A stretch of DNA of 64,000 bases. Source: Frankiales bacterium. Its GTDB lineage: Bacteria > Actinomycetota > Actinomycetes > S36-B12 > CAIYMF01. The translations under genes and the position numbers were made by a program. Below, piece after piece: positions 30,234 to 39,521 of the stretch (position 1 is its first letter; each line of letters opens with the position of its first letter). The notes under the pieces are model-generated. The model ran no database searches. It saw nothing but the letters and a program-made list of their open reading frames with translations, and had not been told where the DNA came from. The stretch is from the NCBI GenBank assembly GCA_016125335.1, contig WGLY01000006.1, positions 1 to 64,000 on the forward strand, given 5' to 3'.

Positions 30234-33200
30234 GTGGCCGGGACTCCCAGCGGTGGCACGCGGCGGCAGCGTCGCGTCGTGCGCCCGGCGGCCCTGCTGG
30301 CCCTGCTCGCCCTCGTCGCGACGATGCTCGTGCAGACCCGGTCCGCCCCGGACGCGCAGGCAGCCTCGCCGGTCTCCGGGCAGGTCACCCGCGGCGCGGA
30401 CACCAACCGCACCAACTGGTACCGCGACCAGCCGCTGCTCACGCCCAACCTCGTGCACGACCCCACCCAGTTCGGGCAGCTCTTCAGCACGCAGGTCACA
30501 GGACAGATCTACGCCCAGCCCGTCGTCGCCCTCGGCTCCGTTGCGGGGCAGCCGCGTCAGATACTCATCGTCGCCACCGAGGAGAACCGGGTCTACGGGC
30601 TCGACGCGGACACCGGCGCCGAGATCTGGCACCGCCAGTTCGGTGCGCCGTTCGACCCGACCACGCTGTCGACCAACCAGTCGTGCCTGGACCTCAAGCC
30701 CCACATCGGCATCACGAGCACCCCGGTGGTGGACACCACCACCGGGCGCGTGTACGTCGTCGACAACGAGTACAAGAGCGGCACCTCGGGCCCGGACACG
30801 TTCTACCTGCGGGCGCTGAACCTGAACGACGGCACGGACGCCTTCCCGCCCCGCGAGCTCATCGGTACGAGCCGGGGCAACGACTTCAACGCCACGCAGC
30901 AGTCGCAGCGCCCCGGGCTGCTGCTGCTCGACGGGCACGTGTACGCCGCGTTCAGCGCGCACTGCCAGGTGCCGCCGTGGTCGGGCTGGATCTTCGGCGT
31001 CGACGCCGGCAGCGGGGCCATCACCACGGTGTGGTCCGACCACACACAGAACACCACGAACCCGGGCGGCGGCATCTGGATGTCCGGCGGCGGGCTGGCC
31101 AGCGACGGCAGCGGCAACATCCTCGCGGCCATCGGCAACGCGTTCCAGCCCGACGTCAACAACTACGACCGCACGAACCAGCCAACCGAGTGGTCCAACG
31201 CGGTGGTGCGCCTGCACGTCGACACCGGCGCAAGCTCGGTCAACAACATCACCGTCAACGACTTCTTCCGGCCGTGCACGGAGGGCTTCCTCGACCAGAA
31301 CGACCTCGACCTCGGGTCCGGCGGCATCGCCCTGCTGCCCGAGGCGCAGTTCGGCACCTCGAGCCACCCTCGCCTGGTGGTGGCCGCGGGCAAGGAGGGC
31401 TACGTCTACCTGCTCGACCGCGACAACCTCGGCGGCCAGCGCGCGTCCTGCCCGGACAGCAGCGCCGTCGTCGGCGTCGTCGGGCCCAACGGCGGCGTGT
31501 GGTCGCAGCCGTCGGTGTGGGGCGGCGACGGCGGCTACGTCTACATCCCCACGGCCGGCCCGGGCTCGCAGGCCGTGTCGTGGGGCCAGGGCCGGGCTGG
31601 CAACCTCTACGCCTACAAGTACGGCGTCGACGCCAGCGGCACGCCCACGCTCTCGAAGGTGGCGACGTCGAGCACCGCGTGGGGCTTCGGCTCCTCCAAC
31701 GTCGTGGTCACCTCCAACGGCACCGCCGACGGCTCGGCGCTGCTGTGGGCCGTGATGTCCTCGACCCCCGGCGACGGCGGCGGCGTGCCCAACGCGCGGC
31801 TCGTCGCGCTCAAGGCCGTGCCGACCTCCGGCGGCGACTTCGCCGAGGTGCGCAGCTTCGCGGTGGGCACGGCGACCAAGTTCACGCCGCCCGGCATCGG
31901 GCCCAACGGCCACGTGTACGTGGGCACCTACGACGGCCACGTGCTCGGCTACGGCCCGCTGGCCACCTCGCCGCTCACCGCGTCGACCGTCTCGTTCCCC
32001 GCGACCGTGGTCAACGGCTCCTCGTCGGGGACGGCCACCTTCACCGCGCACGGCAGCTCGACGATCACGGCGCTCGACGTTGCCAAGGGGCCGTTCACGA
32101 GCGGCACGCCGTCGGTGAACGGCACGGCGAAGGCGCTGCCGCTCCAGCTCCATGACGGCGACACGGTCACCGTCCCGGTAACCTTCCATCCCACGACCAC
32201 GGGGGCCGCCGCCGGCATCCTCACCGCGAGCACCAGCTCGCCGGCGTACAGGATCGGCGCTGACCTCTCGGGCACGGGCGTGGAGTCCGCGGCGCGCCTC
32301 ACGATCACGCCGGGCACCCTCGACCTCGGCACCCTGGCGGTGAAGTCCGCCCCGGCCGCCAACACGGTCACGCTCACCAATGCCGGCCAGACCTCGCTCA
32401 CGTTCGGCTCGGTGAGCGGTCCCAACCCGCCGTTCTCCGTCACCGGAGCACCGCCCAACGGATCGACCCTGGCAGGTGGGCAGTCGGTGTCGGTCACCGT
32501 GTCGTTCGCACCCCCGAAGGACCCCGGCACGTTCGCGGACTCGATCACCTTCCACTCCGATGCGGGCAACGTCACGCTGCACGTCAGCGGCGCGGCCGCT
32601 CCCCCGGGGCACCTCGCGCTCAGCCGCACCTCGCTGCCCTTCGGCACCGTGCCGGTCGGGTCGAGCCGGCAGATCTCGTTCACGCTGAAGAACGACGGCG
32701 GCACGCCGTTCGCGTTCGCGGTGGCCAAGGCGCCCGCGCGCGCGGACTTCCACGGCGACAAGCCGATCCCCGAGGGGACGACGCTCGCGCCGGGCGAGAC
32801 CATCACCCGCACCGTCACCTTCTCCCCGCAGAGCGTGGGCGCGCAGAACGACGCGTGGACCCTCACGCCCACCACGGGCCAGGGAGTGCTCCAGGTGACC
32901 ATGAGCGGCACCGGGCAGGGCCGGCTCGCCAACGCGACCCGGCCGCGGGTCTCCGGCCGGCCGCTCGTGGGGCACGGCCTCGTCGCCTCCACCGGCACGT
33001 GGACGGCCACCCCGGACACCGGCACGACGACGTACTCCTACCACTGGCTGCGCGACGGGCACTGGATCCCCGGCGCGACCTCGAGCCACTACCACGTCGT
33101 GGCCGCCGACGCGGGGCATGACCTCCAGGTGCGGGTGAGCGCGCAGCGCGCCGGCTACGCGAGCTCCTACGCCTACAGCGTGCGCGTGGCGGTGCCGCGC

Positions 33201-33476
33201 GTCCCCCTGCAGATGCTGGCGGCGCCGGCGTTCCGCGGCACCGCGGCGGTGGGGTCGTTCCTCTACGGGTGGGGCGGGCGCTGGGACCCGCGCCCCACGG
33301 CCGGCAGCTTCCACTGGCTCAAGGACGGGCGGGTGCTCAACGCGCCCGTCGCGACCCGCAGCCGGTTCCGGCCCGGGCCGAGCTGGCGCGGGCACCGGAT
33401 CTCGCTCCAGCTGCGGGTCGGGGCGATCGGCTACCTCCCGCGCACCTACACCACCGCCTCGGTCCTCGTGCGCTGA
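30234..33476 (+). CDS. Large secreted PQQ-like beta-propeller protein with C-terminal tandem Ig-like/beta-sandwich domains
   Basis: Signal peptide (RRQRRVVRPAALLALLALVATMLV...AQA). Repeated GxxYxxD/V propeller blades (RVYGLDADTGAEIW, GRVYVVDNEY, GHVYAAF, GYVYLLDRDN, GHVYVGTYDGHVLGY). C-terminal ~500 aa of T/S/G-rich beta domains. GTG with GGAGAG RBS. Confidence 0.8.
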   Translation: MAGTPSGGTRRQRRVVRPAALLALLALVATMLVQTRSAPDAQAASPVSGQVTRGADTNRTNWYRDQPLLTPNLVHDPTQFGQLFSTQVTGQIYAQPVVALGSVAGQPRQILIVATEENRVYGLDADTGAEIWHRQFGAPFDPTTLSTNQSCLDLKPHIGITSTPVVDTTTGRVYVVDNEYKSGTSGPDTFYLRALNLNDGTDAFPPRELIGTSRGNDFNATQQSQRPGLLLLDGHVYAAFSAHCQVPPWSGWIFGVDAGSGAITTVWSDHTQNTTNPGGGIWMSGGGLASDGSGNILAAIGNAFQPDVNNYDRTNQPTEWSNAVVRLHVDTGASSVNNITVNDFFRPCTEGFLDQNDLDLGSGGIALLPEAQFGTSSHPRLVVAAGKEGYVYLLDRDNLGGQRASCPDSSAVVGVVGPNGGVWSQPSVWGGDGGYVYIPTAGPGSQAVSWGQGRAGNLYAYKYGVDASGTPTLSKVATSSTAWGFGSSNVVVTSNGTADGSALLWAVMSSTPGDGGGVPNARLVALKAVPTSGGDFAEVRSFAVGTATKFTPPGIGPNGHVYVGTYDGHVLGYGPLATSPLTASTVSFPATVVNGSSSGTATFTAHGSSTITALDVAKGPFTSGTPSVNGTAKALPLQLHDGDTVTVPVTFHPTTTGAAAGILTASTSSPAYRIGADLSGTGVESAARLTITPGTLDLGTLAVKSAPAANTVTLTNAGQTSLTFGSVSGPNPPFSVTGAPPNGSTLAGGQSVSVTVSFAPPKDPGTFADSITFHSDAGNVTLHVSGAAAPPGHLALSRTSLPFGTVPVGSSRQISFTLKNDGGTPFAFAVAKAPARADFHGDKPIPEGTTLAPGETITRTVTFSPQSVGAQNDAWTLTPTTGQGVLQVTMSGTGQGRLANATRPRVSGRPLVGHGLVASTGTWTATPDTGTTTYSYHWLRDGHWIPGATSSHYHVVAADAGHDLQVRVSAQRAGYASSYAYSVRVAVPRVPLQMLAAPAFRGTAAVGSFLYGWGGRWDPRPTAGSFHWLKDGRVLNAPVATRSRFRPGPSWRGHRISLQLRVGAIGYLPRTYTTASVLVR

Positions 33477-33547
33477 CGCGTCGCGGCGGCCGTCCGCTGA
33501 GCCGCTCGCCGTCCGGGCCGGCTCGGGGCGGCAGGTAGCCTCGACGG

Positions 33548-34231
33548 GTGCGCCGTCCCGTGCTCCCGCTCGCGATCAGCGCCTGCGCACTGCTGCTCGC
33601 GGGCTGCGCGACCGCCTCCTCGGCCGCCGGCCCGGCGACCTCGGCGACGACCTCTGCCGGGTCCCCCACGGCGTCCTCGCCCGCAGCGGCGCCCCCGGCG
33701 CCGGGCCCGAGCGGCACCGCCCCGGCGTCACCGAGCGCCTCGCCGTCCCCGACGATCCGCGAGGGCCGTTTCGCCATCGGCGACTCGGTGATGCTCGGCT
33801 CCAAGCCCCTGCTGAGGGCCCGCGGGTTCGACGTCGACGCGAAGGTGAGCCGGCAGTTCGGCGCGGCGGTGAACACGATCCTGCGCAAGGACGCCAAGGG
33901 CGGGCTGCCCCGCAACGTGATCGTGCACCTCGGCACCAACGGCGTCGTCACCATGCACGACTGCCGCGCCGTGGTGCGCGCGGCCGGGCCCGACCGGCGC
34001 GTGTTCCTGGTCAACGTCCGCGTCCCGCGCAGCTGGGAGGCGCGGGACAACGACGTCCTCGCGCGGTGCGCCGCCTCCTTCACCGCCGGTCACGTCGTGC
34101 TCGTCGACTGGCACAAGCTGGCCGCGGGCCATCGGTCGTGGTTCGGGGCCGACGACGTCCACCCGGACACCGCCGGACGCAAGGCCTACACCGACCTCAT
34201 CGCCTCGGCCGTCGACGCGCACGGCCTCTAG
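33548..34231 (+). CDS. SGNH/GDSL-family hydrolase lipoprotein
   Basis: Lipobox LLLAGC. Block I GDSV (FAIGDSVMLG). Catalytic DxxH near the C-terminus (DDVHPD). Confidence 0.75.
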   Translation: MRRPVLPLAISACALLLAGCATASSAAGPATSATTSAGSPTASSPAAAPPAPGPSGTAPASPSASPSPTIREGRFAIGDSVMLGSKPLLRARGFDVDAKVSRQFGAAVNTILRKDAKGGLPRNVIVHLGTNGVVTMHDCRAVVRAAGPDRRVFLVNVRVPRSWEARDNDVLARCAASFTAGHVVLVDWHKLAAGHRSWFGADDVHPDTAGRKAYTDLIASAVDAHGL

Positions 34232-34235
34232 GGCG

Positions 34236-34255
34236 GCGACGGCGCGCGCCGTCGC
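34236..34255. terminator. Palindrome GCGACGGCGCGCGCCGTCGC between convergent genes
   Basis: Perfect 20-bp palindrome 5 nt after the SGNH gene stop. Confidence 0.4.
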
Positions 34256-34384
34256 GAGCTCCAGGTCGGCCCACGCGCCCGCGCACACCACGGTCCAGGT
34301 CAGCACGCCGCGACGCTAGGCGCCACGCGGGCCGTGCCGCGTCGGGGAGAGTCCCCCAGCCGCCCCTGAGCCGACCCTGAGGGG

Positions 34385-34873
34385 TCAGACCTCCAGGCGG
34401 CGGAACCCGCTGGCGTGGAAGACCAGCGGCGGGTTGAGCGGATCGGCGTCGAGCTCCTCCACCCGCAGCACCACGATGTCGTGGTCGCCGGCGCGGAAGC
34501 GGTCCTGCACCGTGCAGTCGAGCCAGGCGCTCGCGCCGTCGAGCACCACGGCGCCGCCGGGGAGCGCCCGCCACCGCACACCGGCGAAGCGGTCGGTGTC
34601 GCGCGCGGCCATGAGCCGGGCGACCCACTCCTGGTCGTGCGCCAGCACGCTCACGCCGAGGCGCGGCGCGTGCGCGATCCGGGGCCACGTGGTGGAGGTG
34701 TGCGCGATGCACACCGACACCAGCGGCGGCTCCAGCGACACCGAGGTGAAGCTGCTCGCCGACATCCCCACCGGCTCGCCGCCCACCAGCGCCGCGACCG
34801 CCGTCACCCCGGACGGGAACGCGCCGAAGACCTGGCGCAGCCGCAGGGAGTCGTGGAGGGGCACGCCGGTCAT
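34385..34873 (-). CDS. Flavin reductase-like FMN-binding protein (split-barrel)
   Basis: 162 aa. FGAFPSGVTAVAA...SFTSVSLEPPLVSV pattern typical of flavin reductase domain proteins. Confidence 0.8.
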   Translation of the reverse strand: MTGVPLHDSLRLRQVFGAFPSGVTAVAALVGGEPVGMSASSFTSVSLEPPLVSVCIAHTSTTWPRIAHAPRLGVSVLAHDQEWVARLMAARDTDRFAGVRWRALPGGAVVLDGASAWLDCTVQDRFRAGDHDIVVLRVEELDADPLNPPLVFHASGFRRLEV

Positions 34874-34943
34874 TGTGGTACGCCGAGCCCCCGCGGGCAC
34901 TCGGACCCCTGGTCGGCTCCGAGGGTCCGAACGGGCCACTGCC

Positions 34944-35969
34944 TCAGCCGGCGGTGCCGCGGCCGTCGAGCAGCGGCCGCGCAGGGTCCCACGACGTGCC
35001 GTGGGCCGCGTCGTGGCGTCGCCGCGCCATGCCCGAGAGCGCCTCGAGCACCACGCGGTTGGCCAGCGACGCGGTGATGTCGGCGTGGTCGTACGGCGGT
35101 GCCACCTCGACGACGTCCATGCCGACGACCGGGAGCGACACCGCGATGCGGCGCACCGAGTCGAGCAGCTCGCGCGCGGACAGGCCACCGGACTCCGGCG
35201 TCCCCGTGCCCGGTGCGTGGCCCGGGTCGCACACGTCGATGTCGACCGAGAGGAAGACGCCGTCGCAGTCGTCGAGCGCGATCTCGAACGCCTCGTCGAG
35301 GCAGACCTCGAGGCCGCGGTGCACGATCTCGGTCATCTCGTAGGAGCGCATGCCCCGGTCGGCCATCCAGTCCAGCGTCTCCGGCTCGGGCCAGTAGCCG
35401 CGCAGGCCCACCTGGAGGAAGCGGTCGCCGCGCACGGCGCCGGACTCGATGAGCTGGCGCATGGGGTGGCCATGACCGATGAGCGAGCCGAAGGTGATGT
35501 CGCCGGTGTCGGCGTGGGCGTCGAAGTGGATGACGCTGATGCGCCCCCACCCGCGCGCCCGCGCGACGCCGGTGGCGTCCGGCCACGTGATCGTGTGGTC
35601 GCCGCCGAGCACCACCGGCACCGCACCCGATCGCGCGACCGTCTCGATCGCGGCCTCGAGGTCGCGGCAGGAGCGCTCGGCGTCGCCGCTGAACATCTCC
35701 ACGTCGCCCGCGTCGAGCACCGTGAGGTCGCGCAGGGCGTCCACCCGCAGCGCCAGCGAGGGCCGCGACCCGTCGTGGGGCAGGTAGTCGGCCGCGCGGA
35801 TGGCCTGCGGGCCGAAGCGCGCCCCCGCGCGGTAGGACGTGCCGCCGTCGAACGGCGCGCCCACGATGACGACGTCGGCCCCGGCGTAGGTCTCCGGCTC
35901 GTCGACGGTGCAGCGCTCGACGCCGAGGAAGGTGAAGTCCGGGCCGAACATCGGGCCGTAGCGGGTCAC
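34944..35969 (-). CDS. speB: Agmatinase / ureohydrolase (arginase family)
   Basis: Mn-binding motifs GGDHTIT, DAHADT, SVDIDVCDP. GTG with GAGGAG RBS. Substrate (agmatine vs. another guanidino compound) not determinable. Confidence 0.85.
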   Translation of the reverse strand: MTRYGPMFGPDFTFLGVERCTVDEPETYAGADVVIVGAPFDGGTSYRAGARFGPQAIRAADYLPHDGSRPSLALRVDALRDLTVLDAGDVEMFSGDAERSCRDLEAAIETVARSGAVPVVLGGDHTITWPDATGVARARGWGRISVIHFDAHADTGDITFGSLIGHGHPMRQLIESGAVRGDRFLQVGLRGYWPEPETLDWMADRGMRSYEMTEIVHRGLEVCLDEAFEIALDDCDGVFLSVDIDVCDPGHAPGTGTPESGGLSARELLDSVRRIAVSLPVVGMDVVEVAPPYDHADITASLANRVVLEALSGMARRRHDAAHGTSWDPARPLLDGRGTAG

Positions 35970-36149
35970 GGGGCGGCTCCTCGCAGCTGTCCGGCCCGGG
36001 TCGGAGGCACGGGCCTGGCAGGCACGAGCATGGCCCACGCCGAGGGCCGCGAGCCACCCGGTGCCCGCGCGGCGCGGAACCCGGCCGATCGCGGTGGCAT
36101 GGGACGCGCCGGACAGGGCAGGGTCGTGCCCCCGGACCTGGAGAGAGAC

Positions 36150-36554
36150 ATGACCGTCGTCACCAACGCCGTCACCGAGACCCCCGCGGCCGCCCCCGAG
36201 CGGGCGGCCGAGCACTTCGCCGCCCTGCTCTCCCTCGAGACCGACTGCTGGGACGTGCACGAGGCGCTCGCGGCCGGGTCTGCGGGCTTCGTGCTGCTCG
36301 ACGTCCGCGGTCGGGGCGGGTGGGACGCCGGCCACGTCGAGGGCGCGACGCACCTGCCGCACCGCGAGCTCACGGCCGAGCGGCTCGACGAGTACCCGTC
36401 CGAGACGCTGTTCGTCGTCTACTGCGCGGGGCCGCACTGCAACGGCGCCGACCGCGCGGCGCTGCGCCTGGCCCGGCTGGGCCGGCCGGTCAAGAAGATG
36501 GTGGGCGGCGTCACGGGCTGGCTCGACGAGGGCTTCCCACTGGCCACGGGCTGA
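36150..36554 (+). CDS. Rhodanese-domain sulfurtransferase (single domain)
   Basis: Active-site loop CAGPHCNGA. 134 aa. GGAGAGAG RBS. Confidence 0.85.
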   Translation: MTVVTNAVTETPAAAPERAAEHFAALLSLETDCWDVHEALAAGSAGFVLLDVRGRGGWDAGHVEGATHLPHRELTAERLDEYPSETLFVVYCAGPHCNGADRAALRLARLGRPVKKMVGGVTGWLDEGFPLATG

Positions 36555-36627
36555 GCCCGGCGCCCGGCGCCGACCCGCGCCCGGGCCTCGCCAGCCTCCC
36601 GCCCCGCCGGAGCAGGACCCCGGGCCG

Positions 36628-38067
36628 GTGGCACGATGGCGGCGCCGCGGGCGAGCGCCCGCGCAGGACGGAGACGGCACGGTGGACCTCGACCGCTGGC
36701 TGCGCGCCGCTCACGAGGCGTACGACGCCTGGATGGCGGGCTACCCGCCGTACGAGGCCGCGGCCGTCCTCGACGTGACCGACGATCGGCTCGCCGGTCC
36801 GTTCGCCGAGCTCACCGAGCGGCTGCGCAACAACTACCCCTTCGGCCACCCGTCCTACGCCGGGCAGATGCTCAAGCCGCCGCACCCCGTCGCGATGGTC
36901 GGCTACCTCGCCGCGATGCAGGTCAACCCCAACAACCACGCGCTCGACGGCGGTCCCGCCACCGCAGCCATGGAGAAGGAGGTGGTGGCCTCGCTGGCGG
37001 CGATGGTCGGGCTCGCCGACCACCTCGGGCACCTCACCTCGAGCGGCACGATCGCCAACCTCGAGGCCCTCTACGTCGCCCGCGAGACCCACCCGGGCCG
37101 GGCCGTCGCGTTCAGCGCCGACGCCCATTACACCCACGCGCGGATGTGCCGGGTGCTCGGCGTGCGCGGGATCACGGTGCCCACCGACGCGGCGGGACGC
37201 ATGGACCTCGACGCCCTCGCCGAGGTGCTCGCCACGCACGACGTCGGCACCGTGGTCGCCAGCCTCGGCACCACCGGGCTCGGCGCCGTCGACCCGCTCC
37301 ACGAGATCCTCCCGCTGGCCCGCAGCCACGGGGCCCGGGTGCACGTGGACGCCGCGTACGGCGGCTTCTTCCGCCTCGTCGCCGACGACAGCCCCGGTGG
37401 GGTCGACCCGGCTCCCTGGCTCGCGGCGGCCGACGCCGACTCGTTCGTCGTCGACCCGCACAAGCACGGCCTCCAGCCCTACGGCTGCGGCGCCGTGCTG
37501 TTCCGGGACCCGTCGGTGGGCCGCTTCTACGACCACGACTCGCCCTACACCTACTTCACCTCCGACGAGCTGCACCTCGGCGAGATCTCGCTCGAGTGCA
37601 GCCGCGCGGGGGCGGCCGCCGCCGCGCTGTGGCTCACCCTCCAGGTGTTCCCGCTCACCCCGGACGGGCTCGGCGCGGTGCTGCGCCCCGGCCGGGTGGC
37701 GGCGCTGCGCTGGGCCGGGCTGCTCGAGGCCTCCGACGTCCTCGACCTGTACCAGCAGCCGGCGCTGGACATCGTGACCTACCTGCCCCGCGTGCCCGGC
37801 CGCCTGCTCTCGCAGGTGGACGCCGTCTCGGGCGCGGTGCTCGACGCCGGCATGGCCGACCCGGTCGATCCGGTGTTCCTCGCGACCTACGCCGTCGGCG
37901 CCGACGCCCTCGCCGCACGCGGCCACGACGTGGCCGCCGACGTGCCGAGCGGACGCATCCTGCGCAGCGTCGTGATGAAGCCCGAGACCGCGGCGGCGGT
38001 CGACGCGATCCACGCCCGGGTCGAGGCGCTCGCGGTCTCCGCCGTCCCGGCCGTCACCGGCGCGTAG
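36628..38067 (+). CDS. PLP-dependent group II amino-acid decarboxylase
   Basis: PLP-lysine motif (SFVVDPHKHGLQPYG). Fold-type I composition. Start may be slightly downstream of 36628. Confidence 0.8.
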   Translation: MARWRRRGRAPAQDGDGTVDLDRWLRAAHEAYDAWMAGYPPYEAAAVLDVTDDRLAGPFAELTERLRNNYPFGHPSYAGQMLKPPHPVAMVGYLAAMQVNPNNHALDGGPATAAMEKEVVASLAAMVGLADHLGHLTSSGTIANLEALYVARETHPGRAVAFSADAHYTHARMCRVLGVRGITVPTDAAGRMDLDALAEVLATHDVGTVVASLGTTGLGAVDPLHEILPLARSHGARVHVDAAYGGFFRLVADDSPGGVDPAPWLAAADADSFVVDPHKHGLQPYGCGAVLFRDPSVGRFYDHDSPYTYFTSDELHLGEISLECSRAGAAAAALWLTLQVFPLTPDGLGAVLRPGRVAALRWAGLLEASDVLDLYQQPALDIVTYLPRVPGRLLSQVDAVSGAVLDAGMADPVDPVFLATYAVGADALAARGHDVAADVPSGRILRSVVMKPETAAAVDAIHARVEALAVSAVPAVTGA

Positions 38068-38148
38068 GCCCGACCGCCTGTCGCGTCGTGGCGGCGCGTC
38101 AACGAGGGCGGCCCCGGGGCGACGTGGGCCGCCTGCCGGCATCGGTCC

Positions 38149-39348
38149 GTGCGCTCGGCGACGTCGCTCGCTCCCCGGTCCGCTGCGAACGACGGGCGAC
38201 AGGACCGAGACACGGCTCTCGCCCCACGCGCGGCGGGTCGCTGGTACGAAGGAGGGGTGACGTCGCCCGAGCCCTCCGCCGCGCCGTGGGAGCGCACGGC
38301 GGCCTGGCTGGTCGCGGTGTGGGCCGGGTGCCTGGCCGGGCTGGTCCTGGTCTACGAGCTCACCGTGCGCACCGTCGCCGGGCGGATCGTCGGCGACGTC
38401 GCGCTGCGCGGGGCCGACGTGCAGGTGCCGGCGTTCCTCTCGGGCATGAACACCGTGCTCGACCTCGTGACGGCGACCTCGATCGCGGGGGCGGTCGCGC
38501 TCGTGGCCGTCGTCGCACTGGCGCGCGACCGCCGCGACGACGGCCTGGTCGCGGTCGGCCTGCTCGTCGCGGCCAACGTCAGCTCGCGCCTGCTCAAGAG
38601 CTTCCTGCTCTCGCGACCCGACCTCGGGCTGTCGGAGAGCGCGCCCGTGACGCTCAACAGCCTGCCCAGCGGCCACACCACCGCCGCGTTCTCCGCCGTC
38701 GTGGCGCTGCTCGTCGTGCTGCCGCGCCGCCTGCGCACGCCGGTGGCCCTGGTGGGCATCGGGTTCTCAGCCCTCGCCGCGATCGCCACCATGACCTCGG
38801 GCTGGCACCGGGCCGGCGACTCCCTGGCCTCCCTGCTGCTGGTCGCGTCGTGGACCGCGGTGGCCGGCCTGGTGCTGCTCCTGCGGCGGGCGCCCCGCGA
38901 CGACGACGCCCACGCCCCGGCGCCCGAGCCGACGCCGGCGGTGCATCCGGACGGAGCCACCGCCGTGACGCCGGACGCGGCACCCGCCGACCGGCGCGGC
39001 GCGCCACCGCCCACGACGCGGGCGCCCGAGCCGCTCGAGCAGTCCCCGCCCGGGGCGGCGGACGACGCGCCGTCGGGGCAGGTGCCGCCCGTGCCGCCGG
39101 TGGGCCGCACGGCGCGCCGGCTCCTGGTGGGGTCCGGGGTGCTCGCGGCCGTGGCCCTGGCCATCCCGCTCGGCATCGTCCTCGACGAGGGCGCCCGCTC
39201 CTCGACGTTCGGCGCCACCGCGGTGTTCGTCGCGGCCGGGCTGCTGCTCGTCGCCGCCACCACCGCGACGACGGTGCTCGTCCTGCGCGTCCTCGAGCGC
39301 ACCGACGACCCGGCCCCCGCGCGAGACCCGCAGCCGGCCGAGGGCTGA
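38149..39348 (+). CDS. PAP2-superfamily membrane phosphatase with Pro-rich cytoplasmic linker
   Basis: PAP2 motifs KSFLLSRP, PSGHT, SGWHRAGD. Six predicted TM helices. Start uncertain. Confidence 0.7.
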   Translation: MRSATSLAPRSAANDGRQDRDTALAPRAAGRWYEGGVTSPEPSAAPWERTAAWLVAVWAGCLAGLVLVYELTVRTVAGRIVGDVALRGADVQVPAFLSGMNTVLDLVTATSIAGAVALVAVVALARDRRDDGLVAVGLLVAANVSSRLLKSFLLSRPDLGLSESAPVTLNSLPSGHTTAAFSAVVALLVVLPRRLRTPVALVGIGFSALAAIATMTSGWHRAGDSLASLLLVASWTAVAGLVLLLRRAPRDDDAHAPAPEPTPAVHPDGATAVTPDAAPADRRGAPPPTTRAPEPLEQSPPGAADDAPSGQVPPVPPVGRTARRLLVGSGVLAAVALAIPLGIVLDEGARSSTFGATAVFVAAGLLLVAATTATTVLVLRVLERTDDPAPARDPQPAEG

Positions 39349-39521
39349 GCCCGGCGCGCACGCGGGGTCGCAGGACCATCGGTGGACGCGGGGCACCCCA
39401 CTCGGGGCGACCGTCCCGCGGGCGGCGGCTAGCGTAGGCGCGTCGCCGCACGCGCCCGGGAGACCCGGCGTCCACGCGGCCGAGACCAGGCACGAAGTTC
39501 GCGAGCCCGCGGGAGGCGCCG

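Noticed and set aside
30117-33395. 1092-aa minus-strand ORF
   Set aside because: Antisense to the PQQ-propeller gene, which has clear blade repeats and a signal peptide.
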